A DNA stretch of 49,531 bases, counting the filler, from Catajapyx aquilonaris (Eukaryota), in NCBI GenBank assembly GCA_000934665.2. It is 2 parts of 2 records of this genome, joined end to end, with 100 filler letters (N's around TTAATTAATTAA, not from the genome) between each part and the next. Parts side by side here need not be neighbours in the genome. Positions count along the whole stretch, not along the records: positions 1 to 24,716 come from JYFJ02005476.1; positions 24,817 to 49,531 come from JYFJ02005477.1. The stretch is one strand, 5' to 3'. Position numbers and translations under genes: made by a program. The notes beneath the pieces are model-generated. The model did not search any database. It saw only the letters and a program-made list of their open reading frames with translations, and was not told the origin of the DNA. Positions 13,029 through 26,479 of this stretch are shown here, in pieces. Position 1 is the first letter of the stretch. Every line of letters begins with the position of its first letter.

Positions 13029-15078
13029 CTACATGGCACCGTGACACTGGCCTCTGGCCAACATATTTACAAGCTCACTTCTTTTTTTCGCCAGATTCTT
13101 CAGGAATGAATGAATTCTAACTACGCTAGACTCGGCTTCTTTCTCCTTCATATCTTCTTGTCCAGTGCATGTTGATGGTTGATACTGCGTTTGTAAAAAT
13201 GTATCATCACATTAATGCCCACTGACTGCGTAATGTTTTCGTTACGAAAGCATCTCATTACCTTTGAATAGTGCTTGTGCAGCTGATACTTCAGAAGGAC
13301 GCCCACAAAAGCCCAAAATGAGTACACTGGCCACATCAGTTTGGAAAAGCACATGTAACTGTAAGAAGTCTGAAAAGAGACGAAAGTGTGTGTTATTGTT
13401 GATTTCAGCAATTTTCCAGTCAAAAATATTTACCTGCCACAACATATAGTCTGACAATCGCATTTCTCCAGAGGTCCTGACAAGGACGTCGACAGGAGGT
13501 AAGTCTCCAGTTAAAAGTGTGCGTTGCAGGAGATCTTCAGATATGTCAGATGATTCAATAAGGCCCAAGGATAATCCCTCTTTCAACTCCTGCATGGCTT
13601 GTATAATATCATAACGCCCTGTGGATAGTAGGGAGAAATACCAACCATAGGAGAGTACTTTATGATAGTCAAATGATGGAGGTAATCTTCAAACTGCAAA
13701 CTTATTAGATTCGTACCAGTGTAGGCGATCAATAGAACTAAAGTGAAAGTGGAACATGTAGTTGTTTCCCTCATGACCTGACCAATAAGCTTTTGAATGT
13801 CGGCAGGCAGAAGATCCATCTTGCCAAGGACAAGGAAGCGCACGCCTCTTCCTTGGTAATAATTTCTGAAATTGGTGCAAAAGTGAAATTTCGCTTTGTC
13901 ATTTCTATACTGCAGAGATACATGCAATGAAGGATAGTTACATGTTTAGGAGTATTTCGCGAAAGCTTGTCCGAATGAGGTCCAGCAGCACCTCAAGTTC
14001 TCTAGGGGATCTTTTGAAGTTTTCGATACTTAAGGCATAGGCGGAGCAAATTTTGACATTGGCTGCCAAGCACCATTCCACCAGCTCCAGCAACTTTTCG
14101 TACCTGTAAAAGATGAGGTATTTTGTATTTTATACAGGTCGAATTTTACGCGAGAAAACCGTAAAAACTTTTGAATTTTAAAACTAGGGGAAAAGATTGT
14201 GGAAACCTCTCCAAAAGTATAATGAAGCAAATATAGGGAATTTTCTTAGAAATGGATGCGGAAAAACTATAGAAGGCTGAGATCGACGGAAAGCGGGAAT
14301 TTTGTGTTCCTGTAGATGTGTATATGACATTTATTTTGTTACGACTGAGAGAGCTTCGCTTTCGTAACTCTGCGGTGGGTTACATGGGCAACAACAAACA
14401 TCCTTGTTCAGTCACCAAGTTTTCCCGCCTCCAAATCCTGCCTGTTAAATTTCGGAAAACTGCTCCATATATTATGCTAATGATGATGCAAATGGAATTC
14501 AAGTGTAGCGAAGGAAATCATGAGCCTACTCTCGTTGCCTTATATACTCTCCGCTCAATAGAAAGTAATTACAAATTCCTTAAATAGCAGCTGAAGAAAT
14601 TGCGAAATATGTAAACATCCCCTGCAGAATTTTAAGGTTTGTTGGGGACAGTGAAGGAAATGATAAAATACCATAAATGTACCGTTATTTTGCAATCAAC
14701 TTTCTAGAATTTACCGCAACTACATCTTACTTTCCTGACATATTTTCCGCAATTAAGCCCTCAAATGAAGGGCTCCATGGAAGAAGGGGGTAACTAGATG
14801 GGAATTCCCATCTACTTACCCCCTTCTTCCATGGAGCCCTTCAAATGTTCTGTGATTGACAGTGGTTTCTTATGCGATAAACACGGAAGACATAATAAAA
14901 ATGTAGTATACCCCTGCTTATGGCCGTAAGTGCAATCCAGGCCTTTGCTTCTAGCGAAGCGCCGATTTCCATCCATGATGAAACTGATATGTCTCGGTAT
15001 TTCCCCCTGGCGCAGGATCTGGAGGGCTGCTTCTTGCAGCCACGTCAAGGGTTTCTTCTCATTGGAATGCTTCTCCAT
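13029..15078 (-). CDS. DHDDS: Dehydrodolichyl diphosphate synthase (cis-prenyltransferase), 308 aa; exons 15078-14912, 14103-13942, 13865-13717, 13618-13434, 13369-13262, 13184-13029
   Basis: cis-PT motifs PRHISFIMDGNRRFA, GHKQG, YALSIENFKRS, AYTGR, DVLVRTSGEMRLSDYMLWQ, WP and C-terminal RIHSFLKNL. All introns are GT-AG, phases consistent, 927 nt. An acceptor at 15084 implies an upstream 5'UTR exon. Confidence 0.93.
14767..14842. mobile_element. 76-bp hairpin MITE (Sola-like) in DHDDS intron
   Basis: Near-perfect palindrome GAAGGGCTCCATGG...CCATGGAGCCCTTC (1 mismatch) flanked by a perfect AAAT duplication. Confidence 0.75.
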
Positions 15079-18000
15079 GTCATCTGAAAATGCAACAGAA
15101 TTCCGGTTATGCGTCAAACGTGGATGCGCAGACAACCACTGGAATGCAGAATAACACTTTAAAATCACTCTACCCAAGAGGCGCATACGTAGTTGAAGCT
15201 GACTTGAAAATTTTTGATTTCCCTATAAATGCAAACTATTGCTTCGATTGAGCGTACAGGCAGCAAGAACTGAGCGACTGTGTGTAGTGAATGGGCCAGG
15301 CAGTAATTTGTGTGGGATCTCCCCAAAAATGATTGATGACGCGGGTTATTAGGTTCACGTGTAAGTGTTTTTAAATCTACAGCATATAGGTAACACAGTG
15401 TCCCAATATGCAACTTCAGAACATTTCACTGGCATCTACGCTATAATAATAATAATACGAGTACTTATTACTTATTACTACCACCACCATTACTAATTAT
15501 TCCCAAAAACATGAAATGACTGGATTTAACTACCGGTACTGTATTTTTCTTCTCTCAGGAAATGATAGTTTACTCGTGAGATTGCGCCATATACCTGAGG
15601 CAGTTCCTGTCTCTGTGTAACTTCCAGTTCGCAAATCCAATGCAAATATCCTCCATCAGACATGTGAAATAATAATGTGAGAATGCCCTACTTTTTATAT
15701 ATTGAGTTGTACAGTACTAACACTAGGCAAAATGTATTCTTCATTTACGCCCTGCAGAAGAAACCATTAGAAACATGGCAAATTTTTTAAAGTTTGTATC
15801 ATTTCTGTAGTTACTACTTACAGACTCAAACATGTTACTTCGTGCATAAAAATTGTAGGCGTTTTAGTTGGAAAACAGTTACTAATTACTATACTAATGA
15901 AAACTGACAATACCAGTGCTCAGTGGTTCACTTGTGCTTATCCTGTGTCCCGCACTATATCCTCAGCCAGACGATCCTCTGGACCAACTGGTTGGGCAGG
16001 AAACCCTTCACTACCATGCAGCACTGTCGGCTCAAAGAGAGAGGCTGTAGGGGTGGGGGTAGGGAGAGCTTCCGGGACATAAAAATACATGTAGGTGAAC
16101 CGTCCCACGCTCAAAGAACTCTCATCTGTAAAGGGCTCTTCCCGCATTTTTTTGCTGACCGAGTACCGTTGCAATAGGCAGCCGGCCATTTCACCTTGAC
16201 CGAGAGAATGTACGGGTCCGTATATTGCAAGTGCTAGATGCGCCTCATAACCCCAATGCTCTCAAGTTTGTTCTAAGGTTTGTTTCAACAAACTTTCCCT
16301 CTCGCAATTTTTTCTTTCGCGGAATTTCTCTTGGGCTCGCGAAAGTAGAAAAGATTTTATTGCAAAAAAATATGTGCAAGCTGTAAACAATGTCGCTGCA
16401 TCATGCTGCTGATCAATGCATGTTATCATATTTGGTATTATTAATTAACCGAAATTCTCCATGCATTGGGCAATACTAATAGTTTATAAATCCTACATTG
16501 GCAGCATGTTTTATGGCCATCACTAGTAGTGTATGGGAATATACCGCAAAAATTAAGGACTTTTTTTCTTGCATGGGACATAACGGAAAGCTTCATACCT
16601 GTTTGGGGCTGGCTGTGGGATATCTGGGTGAGTGGTGTGACTCACAGGTGCATAAAGGATAATGGACCGCCTCAGTGAATAAACCGATCGGTGAGATTTG
16701 TGATTCATTGCCGTGTAATTTAGAGGTAACACAGCCATTTCCATCAAATGCAAGTGAAACTTTCATAATAATTATGGATTATAGGAAAAGCTCAGATAAT
16801 TTTAGAAAAGGTGAAACATTCTTCATCGCCTCATACTCGTATAGGATGTTTGCTTATTTTTGGATTAAAGTATTCAAATAACAAATTTAAACAGTCACTA
16901 GGATAGTCGACGTAGCTTGCATTGTGATATATGGTTATGCACAAAAAGGCGGTACACTTTGAATATTTGATATCCGAAGTCCTGCCATAAGAGAAAGAAT
17001 ATAAGCAGAAACATGTTATAGAGGCTTATTTACAAGGAAAATAACAACTTCTATCATTAACTAAAGGTAGCATTTCAGTACAAGAAATGTAAATTTTCAT
17101 TCTAATGTATGATGACAGCGTCACACACAAGTTGTGTTATACGTGTGAACGTGTCACAAATTGGGTTGATGCAATCAGCAATGAGGAAACCGTGCCATGA
17201 CATCGCCTTGCCCATTACGTGCTCCACCTTTTTCTACATGGTTGCATATGCTGTATAACATGGCATGGCGAGTCGCAATCTGGTTTGTCCTAAGCATTTT
17301 GACATATTATTCTGTTACGCGGGATTTCTGCCATGAGGTAACCGGATATGCGAATGTACCATACGTAAAAGAAAGGCCGATTCGCACGGTCACACCATTG
17401 TCTGTTGTGAGATAAGGAGAGATTACTGGAGGGATACAGTCCTTAAGGGCGTATTTTGCTCTGTACAGCGACTAGTGAGACCATCTGGGAGGCTTGTATA
17501 CACGTGGGTCAAGTTACATGGAGGAAAATCCTTGTTCTGATGTAGCAAGAAGACGTTCATTTTCCTAAGTTGAGCAATTGTTCCACTGTGCAATGTCGCA
17601 TGAAGAAAAAGTCACTTACCAACCTTCTTAAGCTCGGCCACTTTGAAAATTACTGTGTTAGCCACGTGTGCTGTTTTATAGCCGTAATTTTATGCAATAT
17701 AATTACTTTGGACTTAACTTATTCTGACAGCATGTGTCAGATTATACGACGAAGTTTCGTCAACGTATAATTAGGTAATAAGGATTGCGTGTTTCATAAT
17801 ATTTAGCTAATGTCCTACAGACGAAGATTTCGCGGATGGTCCCCCCCCCCCTTTTTTTTTTAATGGGAAGGAACCAGTGCAGCAATTATTCTTCTGGGCT
17901 AAGATGGATGGATGGCCAGGTAGAAGTGAAGAGAGTAATTTGAATTACAAATTAGTCCGTTAAGAGCTTTCCAATAGCGTGTGTTACTCACTCTACACTA

Positions 18001-18775
18001 GCAGGTGAGGCGAAAAGATTCAGTGGAAATTAGCGTTCGTGAGATTTTCACCTATGCGGATATGAGCTACATTCCGGGACACACGGTATATTCGCGTATA
18101 CGTATTATACTTTGCAGGTTATTGCGAAAAACATGTACACATTTTCGTATCATTTGTACGGTTTGTAAAAGGATAAACATTCACATTGTCATGTTTGCAA
18201 CATTGCTGATCCCAATTCGCACATAAATTTTCAGCGTTACGAGCATGCCAACTGATGCCAACCAAGCAAGAAATAGACTGAAAGTAACAGACCCAAAAGG
18301 TGACCTATAGAATCTAGTTATATAATGTTGCTTAACTCATTGTCTGGTGTTACTATTGTACTGCAGATTATTGAGCTATTCCATCATTTTGCCATCATTA
18401 TTTTACTGTACGAGTAGGCCTATAAGACCGTGACCTCATCCATTGGCACTTTATTTATCATGCTGCATATACGGTGAAAAACATGTGTAAAAGGCTTGAA
18501 CTTGGACACATTCAAATGGAAATATGCAAAACTGTAATTCCAATGTATGACAGTGAAAATTGCCTTCTTGTAACTAAAGAGTGGTGGTCTTGCCTCCATA
18601 GAATCATAATGTAGCCTACCACGCCTGTGAGTGAATTTTTGCCATCAAAGTTATGAAAAGCTCTTGGCAAAAATGGTTATCCATATGCATAAATGAGTGT
18701 AAGTCGCTTCAGTTTCTAAATTCCAGATTCTATGCTGCTGGTACTCAAAATGTGATAGCCTGCATATCAGAATAA

Positions 18776-18777
<2 letters not shown>

Positions 18778-18821
<44 letters not shown>

Positions 18822-19085
18822 TTAATTTTCATTTTAAAATATTTAAATATTTAAATACTGTACCCCATTATCGGGCCTTTTACACCTACCTACACTATTA
18901 CTTTACACTATTACCTGGGCCCTTGATAGGGGAGTGAGATACCACCATGTTTGGAACCATACTTAATGTGTATGTTTTATCCAAGGGTGAGTAGGAGGGG
19001 ATGTGCAAAGTGCAAGTGCAATGTCGTATATTGGTCATTTTGTGAACTCCCCCGGGTGGATTACTCCAGCGGAAATTTACACCCG
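18778..19085 (-). mobile_element. 5'-truncated SINE family 1 with adjacent (TTA)n tract
   Basis: Core GGAGGGGATGTGCAAAGTGCAAGTGCAATGTCG...TTTTGTGAACTCCCCCGGGTGG shared with the 9.8 kb and 26.6 kb copies; (TTA)n at 18778-18822. Confidence 0.7.
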
Positions 19086-22000
19086 AATAACTTATTGCCA
19101 GTAGGCCTACTGTGGAACAAAAATCCAATGACCTGGCTTTTCCATTGCATCCCTAATTTCTCATTCTGGTATTCCTAGTCGTATTTCCAGTGATGTTTTA
19201 TTTTATTTGTATGATTAATATTGTCTCATGCAAATTAAATTTTTCGAGATAGCATGACAATACGAAAACAGCAGTCTTGGTTGATTTGCTGACTCAAAAA
19301 TTACTTAGAATTTGGTGATTGTTCTCATACTTACAAGGCTGTCATTATTTTCCCAATAACAATGGTATGCAACTAGCTTGGTTAAATTAGAATGAAAAGA
19401 TACTACTATTTACCTGTGTGACTGACGGTTACGAGTGGGTACACCAAAAGACAATATGTAGATAGACTCAGAGTATGCATTTCTGAGGATGATTATGACA
19501 ACAACGGAATACAGAATGAAAACAGGATGTGGAGTGGAAGAAGGATCAGGGATCAGGGATGGTTGACCAGAGCGACTGCTAGGACAAGGTGTTGGTAGGG
19601 AATGACCAGGGCGACTGGTCCCGAATCAAGGTAGGGCCAGGTCTTATAATTATAGTCGCTGGCGCAATGCTTGATGGGATTGAAGTCTGGAGGTTCAAGG
19701 TCTCAAAGGAGGACATTTATGATAGAGGATATAAAGCAGATAGAACCGGATAAGAAGGGGTAACAGCATGACGCATCCCAATACACAAAGTCAAACAACC
19801 TGTACACAAGGGTAAAATCAAAAGACATGTTACAATGGGCATATAACCAGTGAATGCTGTAATGATAGTATGAGTGATAACATTAAATGCTGCCTAAAAC
19901 TGTCACACCTGCTTGTATGAATACTTACTCGTATTTCTATGCATTCCATCGTCATGATCCGGCGTTAACTTTTCCGAAAGACAAAAAAAAACCCAGTGGG
20001 AGAAGTACGAGTACGTAATTGATAGGTACAGTATTATGCAGGATGATCTGTAACTTACCAATAAGCTCAATTATTCAGATGATAAAAATATTCTCCATCA
20101 CACTTGGCATTAAAGCATCATTATGGCCTAGGGTGACAATTAAGTTTATGCATGTTACATTACTGAGTGAGCTATATCCTATGTGTCACACTATATGCAT
20201 AGCAACCCTGCTTGATGGGGATATTCCAGGGAATGCAATAAAATAGTAATTTCTGTACACACCTTAATTACGACTCAGCTAAGATCTATTTGGTCTTAGA
20301 ACAGGCCAAGGGGCAGCCATACAGAAAGATAATGTGGGAGTTAATAACCACCTAGTTCTAACCAACTAACTTTTCTCTCTCTAGCAAATCAGAATAATAT
20401 TTCCCTATTATTACTGTACATACAAGTTCAGGCTGACCATTGCATGGGTATGTGGCTTTGTAATTATTGCAGTAATTATCACTCATTTGGATATGTGAGA
20501 GTTACTTTACGGTAAATGTGCTTTCACTTTTTAAAGTAGGCCATAATTATGTCACGAGTAATAAGACTGCCTTGCCTATAGTAAGAGGAAAGCAGCATTT
20601 GTATGTACATGATGGGATGGCAGGGACTTCCCCAAAGATGGAACTTTTGGAATTTCAAGCATTTTGAAATAAATTCCTAGGCAGTTCTAACAAAATAGAC
20701 ACATCACTGGGAGGCAATGTAAAAGTGCTGATGTGGAACTTGTCAGGTTGTGTATTAGAATTCAGCTTGCATTAGTATTAGGTGATAATGTGTGTTCACT
20801 CAGGGTAGTATACACACAATACACTATTGGTGCCCTGATTCCCCAATGAGGGGAAGTGTGTGGAAGGGAACAATGCAGCTTTGGTTCTACCCATGCATGT
20901 GTACCACCTTCACGCAGGAGTGTTGGAGGAGAATTTCCACTTACATAACTGCAAGTTGAATTTTGTCAATGTCAAAGTGAGAATTTCAATCATCAAAATT
21001 TCATAATTTCGAGGTAGTGATGAGAATAATGGATACTTTATATATGGTACTGACAGCAATTACTGTTATTGTGTACTACATGTGGCAAAATCACAGTGCT
21101 GCTAATGTTACTGTGGGTTGTTGCTTACCTTTGCAATTGGAAGAAATGAGAAATTGGTGAAAGTCAAGATGTACTGGTTTACAATACAAGTTCATAGACC
21201 CCCAGAAATCCACACAGCCAGTTTATAGTGGTTTTAAAAACCGTTATTTAGTCGAATTTTGTACTTTCGCATAATTTTTCCCTGTTCTAGTTCTATTGCA
21301 TACTGTACTCAATAATTTACCGTACACGTTTTAAGGCTTTTATATGCACTAGCAAGAACAAAATACCTGTGATTTGCTTCATGGAGGTGGTCTGGAACTG
21401 AACCTGCCATATTAGTCTGCACTTTAACAGCCCTATAAATATATGGGTGGACTGCAGCTCAGTTAGGTCGTTATTTAAACACCCTCTCTGGTGGATGAGA
21501 CACGGTGTTAGCCTGCCATAAGTGAAGATATGACATCAAATGTGGAGCAAAACAATACTCCAGAACAAAGGATTCTATCACAATCCACAGAGGATTAGAA
21601 AACAAAATCACTAATTAATTAATTTTGATCATGGTTTTGACAGTGGGAAGGAACAGAACCCAGAGAAATCCTATGCAACTAATTCCATCCGAAGTCTTCC
21701 CACTTGAAAAAGTCTGCTGACTGACCAAAAAATGGTACTCAGGAATGTCAGGATATTGCCAGTCAGATGTGGTATGGCCATGGTCTTAACCAAAACTGTA
21801 TGCATGGCCGCATGCCACATGGCCTTTTAAGGCGACCTTCTTTGAAATCACATCTTCACTCAAATACTGCTCTGTTGAGTATTTTTATTATTGTGGAAGG
21901 AAACAAAACCCCAAGAAAACCTATGCAAACAGGGACAGAATCCATCGGAAACCTTTCCACATGAGAAATTCTTGTCCCTTCTGGGATCTAACTTTGCATC

Positions 22001-22147
22001 TAAGAGGAAGGTTGTGACACTAACCACTGTGACTCACAGATGGGCTATATGACTACCATCTACAGCCACTTCAACAAGAGAAGATATCACTGGTAGTTGA
22101 CCTGGAGAGGCATCCTGTCAAAATCTTCCAATTTCATCCTGCCAAAC

Positions 22148-22429
22148 CAGCCCCCCGCAATTCCCACGATATGGCAGTGTAATTAGAGGGTCCCCACCAG
22201 CCTGGAATTTGGCGCTCACAGGCATCTTACGATTCAGGCTGATGCCTGAACCTACCCAAACCACCCTTTCCAATGCAGCTGGGTCCGGAGGGCATTCCCA
22301 GATCGCCAGTGAGCCACCCGAATCATAAGATGCCTGTGGAGCTGCACCAGCGCCAAATTACAGGCTGATGGAGACTCTTCAATTACACTACCGCCACCAT
22401 AGGTCTAGGTTGGGAGTTGCTGGGGGCTG
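22148..22429. mobile_element. hAT-type foldback MITE
   Basis: CAGCCCCC...GGGGGCTG termini, long imperfect internal inverted repeat, perfect 8-bp TSD TGCCAAAC (22140-22147, 22430-22437). Confidence 0.85.
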
Positions 22430-22550
22430 TGCCAAACTAACAAAATCAATAAGCTCCAGTCCCATTAGACCTCAGCAAGACCATTTCTTTGCAGATATTT
22501 CCGCCACAGCTTAAACCATGGCCTTAGAATACCTAGGTCTGGTCACTACC

Positions 22551-22790
22551 TCTTATCGCCTGACGGGGTGTTTTGCCGGAGGTGCTCACTTGAGAGAGCC
22601 TGTCTCTGATACAAATGCATGTGGAGACCCTACCGGACCGCGCTGAACATAGGTAGAAGTGCTGGTCAAAATTAAGAATCTCATACGAGTAAGTTCAGCG
22701 CGGTCCAGTAGGGTCGCCACATGTATTTGTATCAGCGACAGGCGCTCTCAAGTGAGCAGCTCCCGCAAAACGCCCCGACAGGCGATAAGA
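22551..22790. mobile_element. Foldback element/MITE, family unassigned
   Basis: ~97-bp imperfect inverted arms TCTTATCGCCTG...CAGGCGATAAGA; no clear TSD. Confidence 0.65.
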
Positions 22791-23157
22791 ACTGATTATA
22801 GGGGGAGTGTGCAGGGCTGGCTTAAACACATCTAGTTAGGAATCTCACCCTCGCAATCCATCCAACAGTTCACAAGTAGATCAACATGTTGACTTTTGCA
22901 CTGAATAAGGTAAACCCATGTGTTAACTAATTTCCTATAGTGAGGTTTTATTAACAATTTGTGGGTATGAACTTGGCTGTCACTACTATGTCATTTTTTG
23001 GGCCTCTAAACAAGAGTATTGTACAGAGTGGCAAGGCAATCAAATTAAAGTACAATTCTTAAGTCAAAGGTATTCCTTTGCTGCTTAGTCTTTAATTCAG
23101 TGTCAGTTTTCCATGCACAAGCTTGAGTATTTAAATGTAACTTTGCCAAAACAAAAA

Positions 23158-24200
23158 TCACTCTCCAGCATTGTCCACAAAGGAATGGGCCATCCTGATA
23201 ATCTCCAACTCACACTTCCTTCTAACAGGAGGCGGCATCTGCTTCATTATGTCTGCTAAGTAGTTGCAGAAGGCATTCACCGAACCCTGCTGCTGGTGAT
23301 TTTGTGATGATGCCTTGCTTGTGGCTAGAAAATGTGCAGAGTTTGGGGGAGGGGGAGAAATGGGAGGATGGTAGTTTTCCTCTGGGGCCTCTGCATCAGT
23401 CTCATGATTATCAACTTCTAGCTTGGTAGTTCCTTGTAACATGTCCCCTGAAACCGAGGGTGATGATACCTCCATTTGGAGGGTGTCCTGACTCATTTTG
23501 CTTCCTGACTCATCATCTTCTGGGGCACATACAGTCCCACTGCTGCTTTCCTGCAAATTTAGTTAGACTGTAAAAACTTGTGTTTAAAAATGTGAAAAAA
23601 TTTGGCATGCGAGGTGATTTAAGATTACAGGGATGTTTGGAACACAATTAGAGAAGATTAATGCAGATTGTTTTCAAATAACATTCAAAGTGCTGTTCCA
23701 AATGGATATCACACACAATGGATATCATGCCCTAGCAGGAATGTCAATCTGTTGGGAACTTGTGCATGGGATCTATTTATGATTAGTGTCTTCTGTATAG
23801 CTATACCCTCTACGACTCTACGTCTAATTGAAATCATTTACACATTGTTTACATGCCTAGGAAGCATCTGGATTGTCATGTGCAACACATCTGGGTAAAT
23901 CCAGGACAAATCAGCAAAAAAAATAATCCAGTTGTCAACCTACTTGTTTTTTTTTTTTTTTTTTTTACAAATATGGGCACACATGTAGGAATATTTTGAA
24001 GTTTTAGAGATCAATAGGCCAGAAAAAATTTGTGANACAGGAACTAGATACTTGGAACACACTGCACATCTAACATTCCCTGGCATACAATATAGCCATC
24101 AAAGCTGACCTGAAGAAAGATGTAGTCAAATCCACCTGCGCTGCCATTGTCAGGTGTTGAGGTTGATAGCCTTGACATGCTCGAGCTTGGCAGTGACTTC
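23158..24200 (-). CDS. BESS-motif protein (probable MADF-BESS transcription factor), 3' partial; exons 24200-24110 and 23550-23158
   Basis: C-terminus VNAFCNYLADIMKQMPPPVRRKCELEIIRMAHSF fits the BESS pattern. Phase-compatible upstream exon (KSLPSSSMSRL...DYIFLQ). The 5' exon was not found and probably lies beyond the gap. Confidence 0.7.
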
Positions 24201-24716
24201 CTAAAAATAAGGGGGTGGGGGTCAAGTAATTAGTGAGTGTGTGCATGTGACGAATAAGACTCAAAATGACCAGTCAAATACAAGTATGACAATTTATAGA
24301 CTAAAAATCTGACTAGGCTACTCCATATGTGTAGGCTTCAGTTAAACCTTTCAAGATTCGGACAGAGAAATTGAAGTAATTTAATTTGCTCCATGTAATG
24401 GTTGGTATTAAGGTTATTGCAAAAAAAAAGTAATAATTCATTTTTCAAGCAGGAAATCTCATCAGTCACCAAAAGGAAATGTGATGACATAAATCCAGTA
24501 ACATACTTGCTCTGATCTGAAAATATTGGGACACCCCCAAAAAATGGAGTGGTGGGGTTATACACAGGATGTGATAAAAAGTTTCCATTAAGATTATCTG
24601 GACTTTAGAATGGATAATAATGGATAGTAACAATTGAGCTAGGAGGATACCAAATTTGAAGTTCATTTGACAGTTAACAACTGAAATAAATACGATTATA
24701 CCTTGGACAGTGAATT

Positions 24717-24816
24717 NNNNNNNNNNNNNNNNNNNNNNNNNNNNNNNNNNNNNNNNNNNNTTAATTAATTAANNNNNNNNNNNNNNNNNNNNNNNNNNNN
24801 NNNNNNNNNNNNNNNN
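24717..24816. other. Assembly gap with artificial linker
   Basis: 44 N + TTAATTAATTAA (stops in all six frames) + 44 N = exactly 100 bp. Confidence 0.95.
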
Positions 24817-25086
24817 CAGCAGTCTCCCAGGCGACGGTGTATTGGCCATGATGGAGCAGGAACACCCAGAACTTGCGACTGTTCAGACGGGCAGCTGGTC
24901 ACTGACTCAAATACTGCATATACTGTATTATATAATACAGTTTAAGTTACACATAAACCATTTAGGTAGTTTTACATCAAGGATCTGGCACTGTCATCTT
25001 TATGGGAAATGGCTTTCGGCTAAATTCTCCATTTTTTATGTTGTAGAAAATAAGATGGTAATCAATTCTTAACATAGCGCCAAGAC

Positions 25087-25220
25087 CTATCCTGACAGGT
25101 ATGGAGACATGCCTGCATTGGTGGTTGTCGGGGTCAGGCAATGGTCGAGGAGTGTGAACACCTGGCCCCCACAACCAGCAATGCAGGCATGTACAGGGAT
25201 ATCCATACCTGTCAGGATAG
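25087..25220. mobile_element. Small foldback/MITE
   Basis: Inverted arms CTATCCTGACAGGTATGGA..ACATGCCTGCATTG / CAATGCAGGCATGT..TCCATACCTGTCAGGATAG. Confidence 0.6.
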
Positions 25221-25952
25221 ACATCGTCGACGTCAAAGGTTGACATCTCCAAAACGGATTGTTGACGGGCTTTCAAGCCCACGCCATGCCTGTGTACCAT
25301 ACGCACCTCCCTACCACCCCCATTTTGGCGAACAAATTTGGGAATACCTTGTTGATAGTGATTTTTGGCATGCCTGCATGGAAAGCCATGCATCGGAGTT
25401 AGGCGCAGATGTCCTGCTTCGGAATTGTTATCTGTTGGTCTTTCTCATGCCGTGCTGAGCTCCGCAGTTTTAGACGTACAGTGCACTGCTGCACACGTGA
25501 TAACTACTGATCATGTTTGCCCTCCATGCTCGGAACTTATTATGCTTCTTTTTCATCACATTTCAAAAATGGAGACACGATGCTCCATTAATATTTTATA
25601 ACCTCAAGAACATTGATGTATCAGGTCCAGCAACTGTCTGCGGATTTAAAACATTACATAATTTCATGAAATACTGGCACTGCACACCCTTATTTGGGCC
25701 ACACCAGGTCTTGCTCATGTGACTACAGTCATGTTCGAAGCCACCACTCCCTTGAGTACAGAGCATTTACAATCTCTCTAACTTCGCTGACTATACAGTA
25801 TTATGCAGGCTTCTTTCTTTAGATGCAACAAAAAATGACTTCCTTAGGCATTCTTCCTCGAGATGTAATGGTGGGTACAGCGGAGAAAGCAAATCAATCA
25901 AAATGTATTTTCTGCTATCAGTTTTAACAAGAAAATTTTCAAGTGTTGATTA

Positions 25953-26399
25953 TTATATGGGTAAATCAATACTTCCACAGTCTTGTGATCCATGCTTTTG
26001 CCTGAAGTGCTTCTGGAAGGCTTTGTAGTCAGCATAGACCTTCATGCAAATGTGGCAGGAGAAGATCTTCCTCTTCTCCCTAGTACGGGTCTGCTTGCGC
26101 TTTGATAACAATTTATTCTCGCCAATTGTCTTAGGGCACAAGTCACACTGAAAGTTTCGCTCCTTATTGTGGTTGAAACTTTTGTGATGCTGTAATCCAA
26201 CAAGCCATGCAAATGTCCTTCCACATATGTTGCATGCGTAGGGACGCTCTCCAGTGTGGATCCGCTCATGCTCCACTAAAGTGTTGCGATAACGGAACCG
26301 CATGCGGCAAGTGGAGCATTTGTGCGGCTTCCCCACAGCGTGATCCACTACGTGGTCGACATCACGGTCTTGCTCCACGCAAGTGGCACTGCCACTCTC
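25953..26399 (-). CDS. Terminal exon encoding a C2H2 zinc-finger array (3 intact fingers and 1 lacking His ligands); probable alternative last exon of ZF gene A
   Basis: Phase-0 acceptor ctcgccctgcag|GAG; fingers CSTC..HERIH, TGERPY linker, CNIC..HKSFNH, degenerate CDLC, CHIC..HFRQKH; no ATG-bearing first exon of its own was found. Confidence 0.8.
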   Translation of the reverse strand, partial: ESGSATCVEQDRDVDHVVDHAVGKPHKCSTCRMRFRYRNTLVEHERIHTGERPYACNICGRTFAWLVGLQHHKSFNHNKERNFQCDLCPKTIGENKLLSKRKQTRTREKRKIFSCHICMKVYADYKAFQKHFRQKHGSQDCGSIDLPI

Positions 26400-26479
26400 C
26401 TGCAGGGCGAGAGAAATATTTCCAATGCATACAGTATAGTCATAATGCGTTTTATTCCAAAAACATGCTTCTTCAGTAA

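Noticed and set aside
13029..13046. CaaX prenylation motif at DHDDS C-terminus (CHGAM)
   Set aside because: Cys is at position -5, not -4.
15938..16189. 83-aa ORF upstream of DHDDS
   Set aside because: No recognisable domain or in-phase splice link; may be 5'UTR/promoter sequence.
19423..19790. Possible solo LTR
   Set aside because: TG..CA ends and TSD could not be matched.
21600..22040. V-SINE-like fragments (GGAAGGAAAC..CCCAAGAAAACCTATGCA)
   Set aside because: Highly degraded; boundaries and identity unsupported.
24977..25458. ORFs as the missing MADF exon
   Set aside because: No MADF Trp pattern; the ORFs run through a palindromic insert.
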